Shown here piece by piece: positions 13,996-26,379 of a DNA stretch of 64,000 bases (positions are counted from its first letter, which is position 1; each line of letters opens with the position of its first letter). The stretch spans positions 6,758,001 to 6,822,000 of the forward strand of contig OZ316776.1 in NCBI GenBank assembly GCA_973851085.1, read 5' to 3'. A program made the translations under genes and the position numbers. Under the pieces are notes generated by a model. That model worked only from the letters and a program-made list of their open reading frames with translations. It was not told the origin of the DNA and made no database searches. Source of the stretch: Ptychomitrium polyphyllum (lineage: Eukaryota).

Positions 13996-16900
13996 GAAGC
14001 ATACAACAGATAGTGTGCCTGCCCCTTCCACAGGAGTGCCCAAGGACAACACAGGGATCACAGTGTTCTGCAGGAGCCCTTAATCAACTAAATCAAGAGG
14101 AGAACAAACAGGTGTTGCTGCATTTACATGTTGCAAGTTGATCCTTCATGGCCTGCACCTTGGAGTAAGAAACTGGCCAGTTATATACAAGCAATATTCA
14201 GAATTGGGGTGAGCTAAATCCAAATGATGAATTTAAATACTTGAATTTAACATTCAGCTGTATTTTTTGACCCAGCAACTTACTGGATGCTGAATTGATT
14301 GTTGTTGACAAAAACAGTCCTCATTTCTCAAGCACTTCATCAACTTTCTCTCCAATCTACTTCTAAAAGCTGCTATTGGACTGAGCTTGGCAAACCCAAT
14401 GTTGAACTTACTGAGAAAGTTTACAACACTTCTCAATCACGACAAAATACAGCATGCACTTCCAAGGATATTATAAAGTGGTTGCATTGCAACTCCCAGG
14501 AGGAGCATCCCCACAAGATATGTGACTGGGAATATCAAGGCAATGAACAAGGATGATCCATGTGTACCACTGACCCTTGCTCCTCTCTGGCAAGCATCTT
14601 GCAGCAGCAGCAGGATGGTCAATAAGTTAAGCTAACACTATGCTGAAACTGACTCAGGCACTTTCACAGGATACCCCATTAATTCCCTGCTACCTGTGTA
14701 CTAGCACTGTTTATATAGTCATTTATAATATTTAAGTCTACTCGTAACTTATGGCCATACTACTTAGAAGTTAGATACAGCAATGAGATTGAGCACTACT
14801 TCAAATCTCAAAGTTCACATCAATTACTCCCTATGACATCTGACGCATGAATCCACCACAATGTGCTTGCACTGAGGCTGATTGCAGCTTGCAACCAGAG
14901 ATAGTACAGAGCAGTGTAGTGTTCATGGTACTCTGTCATTCAACCTGAAAAGTGGACGAAACTACCACGGTGGTGCTTCAGGTGGTAAGGCTTACCTGTG
15001 TGTGCATGTTGAGAAATTTCAAGACTATTGGCTATCATCCAAGTGTCTAAGCAACCTTAAGTTGATGTCTAGTGAAGGCAGGTGTTTTGATCAAGCCCAG
15101 CCCTAATTTTAGAACCTCCACCAAATAGGTTCAATGGTCGGTTGGCCATGCTTGCTTGGCAGGCGACCATATTGTCAGAGGATTTTGTGTGTTTGATTCC
15201 ATGCCAGAGTATACTAAGCAGAGGAGCTCTTAGCTTACGGGTAGAGGAGGACAAAGCGGTAGTCTTTCACTTACGACAGTGTTTCTGATATAAATAAAAG
15301 AAATTATGTACACCACAGCAGAAACTACGGAGCCCACACCCAACCTTTGAAGTACTCACCCTCAGACTCCAGCCACCACCACAGCAAGAGGATTTTAGGT
15401 AGAAAATATAAATTTAAGATGTTAAGTTCCATGTGTTCGCTTGAGGCCCTCCTCGTTCATCCTTGCAGTGTGCTGCAGTTACAGGGCGATACATATCCTC
15501 AAAGAACTCAGAAAGCATTTCATGTATAGAATTTGTGTACAGTGGAAAATCTCGACGACCAAGTTCTTGGTGTTAGAAGTGATTGGTGCCTACTTCTTAC
15601 TGTCTAAAACCATGAATAACACCCACTTCTTATACAAGTTGAGCTTCAAAGCCCGGTACGTCAAATAAATGGAGCAGGGCATACCAGTATTCTGCTTTGG
15701 AGATGGCTTGTGGTTTTTGCGTACTGTAGTTCAGACTAGATACCTCAGGGTTCAATTACGAATAACTCCGTCTCTGAGAAATCAAGCAATCACTGAAAAT
15801 CGCTTGCATGGAAAAGTAAGTCATCTCCTGGGACTCACTAGACATCATGTGTGCACGTCTCCAGCAGTCTACATGCTTGCAAATTCTTCGACGTCATTGT
15901 GTTCCAGGTGTTCCAGTCCTGACTTTCGCGTAAAAAGTTGTTGAAGTCCATCTACACACCACCTCACCAGAGGTCAGAGAACTATGTGGAAAGCAAGGAC
16001 ATTCGTGTGAATTATGAAATGATTCCGCAGCTTCCTATGTTCACTGCATTTTCTCCAACAACCTTAGCAGTCCATACGTGCGACTTGCTCTCTTTCAAGA
16101 TTCTCCAGTCACCGTATCTCCGGATAAAAATGCACTACGAGCTCACACGAGGTAGTACCTAGAGTATTGATACAGAATCTTCGAAATATAATCGACCCAA
16201 GTGAACACCCAATCAACCCACATTTTACAGAACCCAGAACGCCTGGAATGCGTTCTGCAAAAACGAGATGGAAAATCTTATCTTAAGGTTAAAAAATCAG
16301 AGATCTGACTGTATCTCTCTTCTCAACATGAAACAACAGTGCCGCAGGCCAGCATTTTCTCATTAGAACGCAAAATTCAGAAACTCCTTGCTTATTGAGA
16401 TGTAACTAAATTATTTCAGCATATTACTATTAAAGAAAATAAGACTGGCAGATTAACTGGACTTTTCTCTTTCTAAATTCCAGGCTCCACTAATCTTTCT
16501 TGATCGATTTCTACTTTTCCTGCCATCCGATTGGGTCAATCATCTGAAACCATACTGTAGGAGCTCACAGAAGAAAGAATAAACACCTAACAAGTTTTTG
16601 TATACGATGTTGTACTTAAAGATCAAGGTGTATTTAAAGAAGTCCAGGTCAGCCTAAAATGATCCTCATCTATGGAAGCATCACTACAGAAATGATACAT
16701 GAGTTTCTAAGAAACAGGTAAAAAGCTAGTTAGGGGAATTTTTCCTTTGCTTGGTCCAGCAGGTCTTCATGAACAGTGGCATGGGACATGCCAAGAATTA
16801 AAATCCTCGACTTAAAGCAATTCAATCTTCGGTTGAGGTGAATGTTTAAAGTAAAGTTGACAAATTCAAAATAGAAGTAAGTTGTGTGGTACCTCGGAGA

Positions 16901-17676
16901 TTGAATCGATATCAATTCACGAGGCCGTAACACGCAGCACGTCGACGGTTAGTGAACTGCAGCAATAGCAGTACGACAGTCTGAGCAACTCAGGTACCTT
17001 CGGACATCTTTCGGTGTTGCTCGTTACGACATTCTCTGGCTGTTACAAAAAGAAGACACCATGGCTGCCTCCCGTGATATGTAGGTTAGATCTAACTCAA
17101 ACTTGGCGTTCGAGAGATGTAAGCGCAGCACTAGAGCGACTGGCAAAGAATCTTCAAGGCATTTAATGATTCTCCGGATCGCTAAAAAATCAAAATTACA
17201 CCGGTTCTCCGTAGCTATATCAGGCTAGACAAAATTGAGCTCATCGCCACATCTCTTTTCAACAGTCCCGGACACAGAAAGAATCAAGATGAAGGCAGGA
17301 AGGTAACAGTGTCAGAGAAAAGTACAGTACAACTTCGATTCGGCTGATATCAGGAGTTAAATTCCTTGGTAGAAGTGAAAATGACTCCAATTAACTTTCT
17401 GTTCTGTTGAAAACTGATCATCATTCACGGAGGATGGAAGGCCTTCCCCTTTCAAAGATAAAAAAACTAGTGATATGTGAATACTGTCTCTACTTCTAAA
17501 GTTGAACCCTATCCACATTGTTCTAAACATTTCCAAAGGAAGAATCTTAAAATGTCGCATGTTCAGCTGAGTCAAACGTTTTTGAACTGCAAGCAGATGT
17601 CTGTCGACCATTCTGCCATCAATTCTCAACTGCGAATTGTACGACAATCAGATCTGAGGGCCCGGGTTTCAATTGT

Positions 17677-18603
17677 CTACAACCTGATTGCGTATCCAAG
17701 TTTTTCTACTTCAGAATAGAAATATTCTTTTAAAGCACTCGGAAAATCAGGCTGAAAGACGGTCAAGACTACTAGACTGCCTGCAATAAAGAGCAGAAAT
17801 CTTGCAACATCAGCATAGATTTGACGAGAGAGTAACAGTTTCGATTTCTTGCGCTCCAACTGCAAATCTTCTTGCAGGAGTTTCACAGCTTCGATCAATC
17901 GTTCGTATCGCTGTAGAGATAAACAGTCCAGGAATGTCGTCTCGTTTGCCATCAATTGGCATGGTGCAAGGACTCCAGAAATACAATCAAAGAAAAGAAT
18001 TACATCCCACTAACACGGCAGGACACCTGCTGCAACTTCCGAGCCTATCCTTACAGCATCCATCTCAATTACTTCAAAATTTAGAAAGATGGACGCTCAA
18101 AAATTTGCGTTCAGAATTGAATATCGTACTCACTAAAATCTCTTACTCACATCTAAGACAAGTCCAACAACATAATTACACACTACCTGCTGCCACTACA
18201 CGAACGAACGCACCTCTGATAATTCTGGTACCGGCTCTCCTCCTGAAGCGTTCCGAGACAGTTCAGCCGCTGGAGAGACCTCACACATTACCCCGCCGGA
18301 GTCAGATTCACAAATCTCATCCTTCCAAACAACAGCGACAAAGACATGCCGCAACATGAACAAACAGACACATCAACAGCGCCAACAACCTGTCCGTCGA
18401 GACTGCAGAGAGAGAAGGCAGCGCAACGCCGCATTAGACCGCGTTAATGCTTGGACTTCCTTCAATCGTCTCGCAGGCTCCTCCTCCGCCATGCAACTTG
18501 CTGCAAAGGCGCCACTCCTCACACTCTCAATAAAAGGCCGGTCAAAGCGCTTTGCCATTTCAAGAAACTCTTCTTCAATAATCACAAACAGAAAGCGATA
18601 TGC
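17677..18603 (-). CDS. Uncharacterised small protein: coiled coil plus C-terminal transmembrane segment; apparent frameshift
   Basis: Inferred exons 18603-18390, 18321-18214, micro-exon 18044-18027 and 17910-17677 with GT-AG ends. Spliced product reads ..SLDGQ|DEICES..ELSE|ARKLQQ|RYERLIEAVKLLQEDLQLERKK..ARFLLFIAGSLVVLTVFQPDFP. The first exon is out of frame with the rest at an AG/CT repeat (~18407-18415). Confidence 0.65.
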
Positions 18604-18822
18604 CTAAACAAAGAATTCGTGTCGTTATGAGCAAAGTACTCCACCGCAATCACCCAATCCGTCAGAAACAGGAAGCGATCAAGTAGAAACAGAGAGCTCG
18701 ATTCTCCACGAATAAAGGACTCCACCGCTATCACCTATTCCACCATTGAAACAACACAACAACGTCGGCCATGGCGCAAACACAACGAATCCAGGCGCGT
18801 TCTCTGTATCTACTTTTCGGCT

Positions 18823-19059
18823 GATACCTAGATGATACTCGTGAGATACTAGTGAGATACCATTGTTATACTCTGCGAAACACTGTGATACTCTTGCGAA
18901 TATATGGACAGATTAAAAAAATTACTGCCAGATTGCAGGGCATCGCTAGCCTGTGAGGTTCGTTGTGCACAGTAATGTCTCTCCGAAGCATCGGACACAT
19001 AAAACGTAATACTCTTCTGCTCCGACTTATGCGATACTCGTGTGATACTGATATCATAC
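18823..19059 (+). promoter_or_regulatory. Phased GATAC array (11-bp period), upstream of the 18.6 kb minus-strand gene
   Basis: GATAC at 18823, 18834, 18845, 18856, TATAC 18867, GAAAC 18877, GATAC 18887. Second run: GATAC 19033, 19044, CATAC 19055. Regulatory role is inferred. Confidence 0.55.
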
Positions 19060-20599
19060 CTGGTGGCAAGGTGGCGAGTATCTGAAGCACAATAGACATG
19101 CGGGTACTGCTTGGAAGTGTGTCGAGGCCCCTTTTCACACACAGTCTTGTCGCGCTGAGGGATCTGATGTACATACAATGTGATCATGAGTATAGAGATC
19201 CTGGAGTTGGTTGAAGATTTGCAACAGTTGAAAGATGAACCAAGCTCTTATCAAACCAGTGGTTTCTTTTGTGCTAAATTTAGTGACCTTACTACAAAAA
19301 TGGGCTAGTTAATAGATACAAAAGGTTTCTAAAAAGAAAGATAAAATAAGATTAGAATTTCTACTTTAAGAATTGTTATTTAGAGTTAAGTTGTATGGCC
19401 CCTTTGATCCTTAAACTTCCTATTCATTTCATATTTTGAAGATTAAAACAAATCCATTATAAGATATTACTTTGATGAAAAACTTAGAATGAATGTGCAA
19501 ATAAAACAATTTAAATTTTAAAACGGACTTTATCAATGTGGACCAAATGTTTAATTATAGTAGTCATATAAGATTATATGACAAAGGATGTAATATAAAG
19601 GAAATACCTAATTTTTATAAGTTGTAGGTGAAGTTTAAACCATATGATGACAAAAAGTTGAAACCTTAATTAATGCATCAATGGAATTGATGAGATCCTA
19701 TGGAGTTGAGAATGTTAATTCTTTAAGTAGCTCTACCTTTATCAATGACTACAAGTTATTGGAATGCATTGAATGTAGAGCTATGACATTTAAAAATATT
19801 TGAAGTAATTTGCTTCATCTTAGAAAATGAAAATTACTAATAAATGAAAATAAAGGTATATTACATTAAAAGCATGACAACATGCATTTGATTTGGTAAT
19901 TTGGCTTGTAAACTCTCTTAATGTTCAATAGAAAACGTTTCCTAAAACCAAATTGTATATTTGAATAATATAATTATTTCTTTTAAAAAGCTACCAAAAA
20001 TGAAAAAGTACACACAAAATTCCTCAATATTTCTATAGCCAAATCCCAAAGGTCAGTATAGTTCCATTTTCCATCCGAGAGCTCAGATTCCAAATCAGCA
20101 CGAATTCGCAAGACAATAGCATAGATATTCGATACATAGTAAGGAATTTGACATCCTATTCAAGTTGGAAGAGGGAGGTAGAGATTTAGACAAAGAGAAT
20201 CACAGTTATTATATGATTCATGAAAATCGTCCAGTGCGAGATCAAACAGAGTTGCGATTGCTTGGCATGTTCATTCATCACAATTACAATTGCCTGGAAA
20301 AGAAATTCTCTAATACAATCACTCTACAGTCAGATCTGCTGCAGGCTGTAGAGCATCCGCATGGCAACGGGAGAACGCAGGACAAATGTCACGGCCATGT
20401 CAAGCTATGAAGCTGTGAGTCAGACAGAGTTGGCGCGATTGATCAAATGAAAACATGCATTCGAGTTGCTCGATTCTTGAGCAGAAAGTACACTCTTTGT
20501 TGATGTCAAGATCATTCTGTTATAATCTATTCTCGATCCATTCTACCAGCCTTGTGGGCATCGGTTGGGAATTGGGGGGCTCTTTGGAAACAGCCAAGT

Positions 20600-20875
20600 C
20601 AGATTCGTAAGGCTTGTGGGCTTCGCACCAGCCCTGAAGAGGCCACATCGTCCCGTTGTCCAACGTGAACGGTCTTGCGCTCTCTTTTGTAACGAACTGC
20701 TCGTCCAGCTCGTAGAGCGCTCATCTGCACTCTATCATCCGTGGATGGGCCATCTGTTGGTGCAGTTTACCGAGAAGGTGTGGAGCTTGCCGAACTCCTT
20801 CAGGCTGAATCTGGTGGAAGATGACTCCGACCCTGCATTTGTTGCTGCTAACACCATCTTCATCTTTCCCGAATG
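20600..20875 (-). pseudogene. Degenerate coding fragment, copy 1 (family unidentified)
   Basis: Translates KMKMVLAATN..KEFGKLHTFSVNCTNRWPIHG* then ELDEQFVTKESARPFTLDNGTMWPLQGWCEAHKPY. Homologous to 22520-22830; contains stops. Confidence 0.6.
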
Positions 20876-22375
20876 TGAGTGACAACTTGATGTGATAAAG
20901 TTGGTTAGATTGCTCTTAGGAGCTACATTGAATAGAGTGTCATGTATGGACTCAAACTTCCACCCTCGTTCAATGGAAAAGAAAAACGCACACAGAACAC
21001 TGAACAAGAAAGGACGAACTTGTGCTACAATGGATCTGGATTATGACCAACAGGCGAAGAGTACTGGAACGCTGGATATGGCAAAACTGATACGTTGCAG
21101 ACGCTGAGATGATAGGAATGCTTGAAAACGAAGTAAGATCAGGAGGGTTTTATAGATATCAAAGATGGAGATTTGCACATGGTGATGGACATTGTACACG
21201 CAGTTTCTCAACCTGTCAGTAATATGAAAGTTGGTTCCGCTGTCAATAGTGACAACACGTCAATATGACCAATAAGTGCATGCTTCTAATGCGCATGGCC
21301 ATGAGAAGAGTGTATCAGCGTTGAGAGGCTGCTGCAGAACAGGGCATGAGCCCGCGTCGACATGTTTCGTGAGTTCCATGATGTTGACCTATGTTTAGAA
21401 ACACATGCGTTAGTATAGGTCGGTACTGCTCCAGAGTTTTTATTTTGCTGATGCTGTGAATGACGAGGAACCCATTGGTTGCAGCTGGTACTGCAATTGC
21501 CATATTGTTCTATGTGACTCAGGATATTGTCAACCCAGTTGTCATGTTAAGCGATATAGTCCATGTAATTCCAAATCCAATTTTGCTTCCGAGTAAACTC
21601 CTGAAATTGCGAAGTCTTACTACCTCCCCAGCTCTCGCTCTCACTACCACCCTTACACATGTTCCCTCTTGGCAGTTGACATGTTCAACACAGTTACTAT
21701 ATAAAGTATTTGGAGCAAGTCAGTAGCCATTGAGTGGGGATGTTGTGGGTTTCCGTTGCTTGTAAACTTCACCTGAAATACGCCGCATTCATTGTGTTTG
21801 GATATTCCCCAAAATTGATGAGTAAAGATTCAGACGTAAAGATAATGCATGCAATTATGTGATATTAGCATACAATGGCAGGCTCATTCTGGCTTGGAAA
21901 AAGAGATCCTCTTGTATAAAATGACTGATTTAGCGCAGTTACAGTGGCGTATTACGAGTTAAGTACAAAATGCACCTTGCAAAAGTAAAACAAATTTCAA
22001 TCACGTATTTATGCAGACAGAAAAATAGAGGACAACATATTTTAGGACCTTCCAGTGAAGTTAAATTTTTAAAGATGATCCTAATCACATTCCGAAATTA
22101 ACCTAGGACTTTGCTATCCCCGCTCCAAATCAAAAACAACTACTCATTAGGCAGATCAAAAATCGCGATACCGCGATGACAACCGGCAAATTCCTATGCC
22201 AACAAGCTGCCCATACATGTAAGCGCAAAGGATCCTTGCAAGTCTGGAGTAAGTCTGGCCAGGAACATTAAACTGTGGGATCGTTTATATTGCTACAATT
22301 TATATTTGCAAAGATATCCATCACTTTGAATAAGATAAATATTGCCTTCGGCCCATGGATTATTATACCACGATT

Positions 22376-22835
22376 TTACATGGTGGAGCAAGAAGACCAT
22401 GGCCGGCGTCTCTGTTCCTCAATATGGTCGGTGATCAATGTGTGAGCTTGTACAGACCTTGATACCACGTACGCCAACAAAGATCGATGGGATCTACCAG
22501 CGGCCAACCCTGTGGCCACCAGTTCGGAACGGAGGGCCGTGAAGTAATACTCAGTGGAGTTGTAAGGCTTGTGAGGCTTGCACCAGCCTGAGGGGAACAA
22601 CTCCGTCTCCTTGGTCAATGTGAGCTGCCTCGCGCTTTCTTCCGCAAGAAACTGCTCGTCGAGCTCCTGGTGTGACTCACCACCGCTCGACAAACCCTGC
22701 ACGGGCCATCTATTGTTGCGCTCCACCAAGAGAGGTGGAGCTTGCTAAACTTCTACAGGCCGAAGGACCTGAAGGTGACTCGGACCCGGCCACATTTGTC
22801 GCTGCTGGTGCTGAAACGGTCATCTTCACCTTGAT
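22376..22835 (-). pseudogene. Degenerate coding fragment, copy 2 (family unidentified)
   Basis: KVKMTVSAPAATN..KFSKLH/LVERNNRWPVQG..ELDEQFLAEESARQLTLTKETELFPSGWCKPHKPYNSTEYYF, with frameshifts. Homologous to copy 1. Confidence 0.6.
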
Positions 22836-23649
22836 AGTTTGATCAATCCGGAACATAGGTTCACTAGTACCGAATGTGGTGCAGGATCGAAGTTCACTGG
22901 AGTGACGCTGATATTACACAGGGAGGCTGAATCAGCGAAGTTTCCTTTAAATGGTGAATAGCTACAACATATCTCAAAGCAAGGTTTGTGCAAGTATTGT
23001 GTCATCTCAAGGCAAGGCTAGGGGCGTGGTTGTGTAAGGGAGAAGAAAGTCAGAAGATCATGCTACCTCGAAAGGAGAGTAAGTAGCAGGCTTGTGAGGA
23101 TGTGGGCGAGGATGTTCACTGCAAGCTAGTAGTACAGGAGAGTGCTGGATGAAGGGACGGTTGGAATAAGTGAAGGTGAACGGAGCCACTGCTGGGGATT
23201 TTCAGACCTCCGGAAGGAGAGTTGGAGGTAACTGGGACGTGGTGGAGTCACATGATCCTTTTTGGATGTCCGCATTATCTTAAGCAAGTAGCAAGGCCAC
23301 GATGCTGAAAATTCCCAGGTTCTCAGTGTGCAGTAGTAACAACAGAAACTCGGACCCAGTTTGAGTTTCATAGACTTTGCACCTAGTTCCCTCACTTAGC
23401 CTAAGGCGTCCCTCCTGCTCTTGCTCCTCCTGACTCCGTAGTTCCAGCCTCATTGCGGCGCATGTTTTTAAGCGATCCAGCTTCCCTCAGTTGCCAGTTG
23501 ACCAGGCTCTTCCATACAACATTATGTATTAGGTTATCACTTGGTCGTAGGTTCATGAGCTGCCCGTCGGGACTCATGGTCATGGTCACCAGGTGGGCAT
23601 CTTCAAGCTGGTGCTTGCCTCACACATGATAAAGTAGGATTTTTGAAAA

Positions 23650-25300
23650 GTTCCAATTTTTTTCAAACATGCCCATACTTTAAGATTACTCATATCACAA
23701 ATCGTTGTTATATGCAATGCCAACTTGAAATTACATCTTTTTCAACAATTTTCAACAATTTTTATTTTTGAACTTTTGAAATATTCCATGTTAAACCTTA
23801 CCCTTGTCTATAATATTATGTTTGTATTATTACAACTTTCATGATATTTGCATGGCATTTTGTTTTTCTATATTTGACCTTGGCATTGATATACTTTATC
23901 ATTTAGTTTGCAAGCACTTTCATCTTCTTTTTTTTGTCATTGTTATGACCCATGAAGTGTTTTGGACTATGTATTGATGTTGAATTGCCAACTATTTATG
24001 ATATTCACTTTTTTAAACTTTAGTGTTGAAGTTAGAATTGAGACCGTTTATATACTTTGCATTTAAATTTTAATTCAAGTTACTAAATTATTTAAGTCCT
24101 TAAGTATTATTATTTTTAATTTTAATCTTTTATATTGTATTATATAGTGTTAAGAAGTTTAAGCAATATTGGATCTCCTAATTAAATATTAGACCACTAA
24201 TTAAATCTAGTATTCAAAGTAATTAGGTATGAATCAATCACAATTTAGTGTTGATAATTAGATGTACCAAATTAAGGTGTATGTATTTTACAACCTTTGT
24301 CAAGCACCTTATACATGGAATATTAGTTTCAATAAATTTATTTGCCTTCATTTAGTTTAATCAAAGCCTTGAAAAGAACAAAGGTAAAAAATTTAAGCTA
24401 AGATATAATTAATTGACTTTAAATTAATTTTAATAGTGTGATAAGTGAGATTTAAATCATAATCAAATAAAAATCAATAAGAAAAATATGTTTAGGAACT
24501 CTAAGTTTTTAATGTTAAATAAGACAATATCAATTAAATTTTTTAAATAAACAAATTTAAAAATTGATAATTTTTACATTAATTAGTAGATGAATGATTT
24601 TTAATTTTAACCAAGCATTTCTATTGAATATATATATATTTAGTGTCAATGTAGAAAATTGCAACAATTATTAATTTAGTATTTTCTAGTGTTATATTGA
24701 CAAATGCTTGCCACCTTAAATTGAAGTGAAGATGAGTATAAGATTTGTACCAATCATCAAATGTGGCCATATTTCTAAAGCAATTAGTGCATTTAAAAAG
24801 AGAACAATATACTTATTTCTTTCCAACTTATTTCAAATACAAATATTTTCAAATCTTTTAAATAATGAAACTAATAGAAGGTGTTCTTAATATTATTGAA
24901 AAGCTCTCAATAAATAAAGGTGCTCATTGGTAATTTCATATATCTTAAGACCATAGTATAAATAATATTGAATATTTTCATTTCAAAAAAATATGAAAAT
25001 TTGAATTATATTATATGAATTATAAATCACAAACGATTCAAAATTTCTATAAGTTCTAGAAAAGTGATAGCGTTGCTGAGCCAATAATACACAACAATGC
25101 TATTACTATGTATAATAAAAAATGTGATAACAATTTCCAACTAAAATACACAATATAACTTAATCTAATTTGTGGTACTTTACTAAATACATTCTATTAG
25201 TCAATGATTTTTTTATTGCTCTTTGAAACTAACATGCTATACTTAATATATGGTGCCTAATTCTAATAGTGGATTTTGAAAAGTACAAAGGAAGAATCAG
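23650..25300. mobile_element. AT-rich, CpG-depleted block, probable transposon remnant
   Basis: Extremely AT-rich and ORF-free; composition only. Confidence 0.35.
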
Positions 25301-25743
25301 CAAAATAAACAAAACTTACGCAAACTTTGAAAACATTGAGTGTCACCATATTGCGTAAGTAGCATCATGACGTCACTAAGTATTGCCTGGATAGCAGGCG
25401 ACTAAAGTGTGGCTACACAACAGAAATAGAAAGAAGTAAAAAAGGTCACTACTATTAATGAATGAAAAAGGAAAAAAGAAGTGCACTGTCTAGCACACCG
25501 GGCCTGAAGCCCTTCACACTTACGCGCCCCTTCCACTAGGCCCCAGTACAGCATCATCCCCGAAGTACACTACACAGGCAGTACGACCACTCACCGCTCG
25601 ATCTCTTGGGACAATCGACGCCGTCGATCCTCACCTTCGATCACCCACCACGAACTTAAACCATTCCTCGTGGAACTTTCGAATCCCACCCTATTGCCGC
25701 TAACAAACGCATTCGATTACAGCCACTCATAGCACCCCATCCA

Positions 25744-25752
25744 CCACGTGGC
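25744..25752 (+). promoter_or_regulatory. G-box/ABRE (CCACGTGGC) upstream of NADP-MDH
   Basis: Perfect CCACGTGG about 630 bp before the ATG. A TGACGTCA site is also present at 25368-25375. Confidence 0.4.
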
Positions 25753-26379
25753 CCCATCGCATCCTTGGCTGCATTCCATCCTATGCTTCCTTCCGTTGTA
25801 ACAACTTTCCCCACTATGCGTCCATAATGCGATTACACTAACCTAACTACAGCCTCTGCGAAATTACAGGAGTGCCGATATTGTAGCGGCCCTGGATTGC
25901 TCCCTTGTCCTCGATTTGAATGCCAAAAGGCTGAAACTTACAGGAGCACAAGCGGAAGCTCTGGGACTCTCGCAACTTTTTTGTCAGGAGCTCACGTCAG
26001 GAGCCCGCAAGGCGAGAGTTTTGCCAACACTGAACTGTAATCAAAGGCGCGAGAACAATTGGAGAGTTAGTAGGTGGCCGACCAATAGCATCTTATCACC
26101 AAACACTGGGCCGAGCTCGCACCACCACCATTAGTAAAGTAGAGACTGTCGTGCCAATCAGCGGGTGACATCGTGCGGCTTGGTTTTTGGCTCCTCTGTG
26201 TTGTCAGATCATCACAAGGCTGCAGCTTTGGGGCCAATTGTTGAGGTTGTGGAGCGAGAAAAGTGACAGGTTTTGATTGATTCTGTGTGCGCTTGGTCAG
26301 TTTTCGGAAAGAGTTGCTGAGTGTGGGAGTAGGAGTGTTTGTTGGAGTGAGTTGGAGTGTCTGTTGGAGTGAGTTGGGC

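Noticed and set aside
14254..14622. Two in-frame minus-strand ORFs separated by one TGA (readthrough or selenocysteine?)
   Set aside because: No recognisable family or SECIS-like structure, non-ATG starts, CpG-depleted context; probably chance or decayed sequence.
17802..18607. Plus-strand 185-aa and 83-aa ORFs
   Set aside because: Antisense to a minus-strand gene with consistent splice sites; no motifs.
18823..18900. GATAC array as a CRISPR or iteron array
   Set aside because: 5-bp cores and 6-bp spacers are far too short; plant nuclear context.
25964..26020. Short inverted repeat (actctcgc/gcgagagt) upstream of NADP-MDH
   Set aside because: Only an 8-bp stem; not enough to call an RNA structure.
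26287..26379. GTG-initiated N-terminal extension of NADP-MDH in the ORF track
   Set aside because: Eukaryotic gene; ATG 26380 begins a normal transit peptide.
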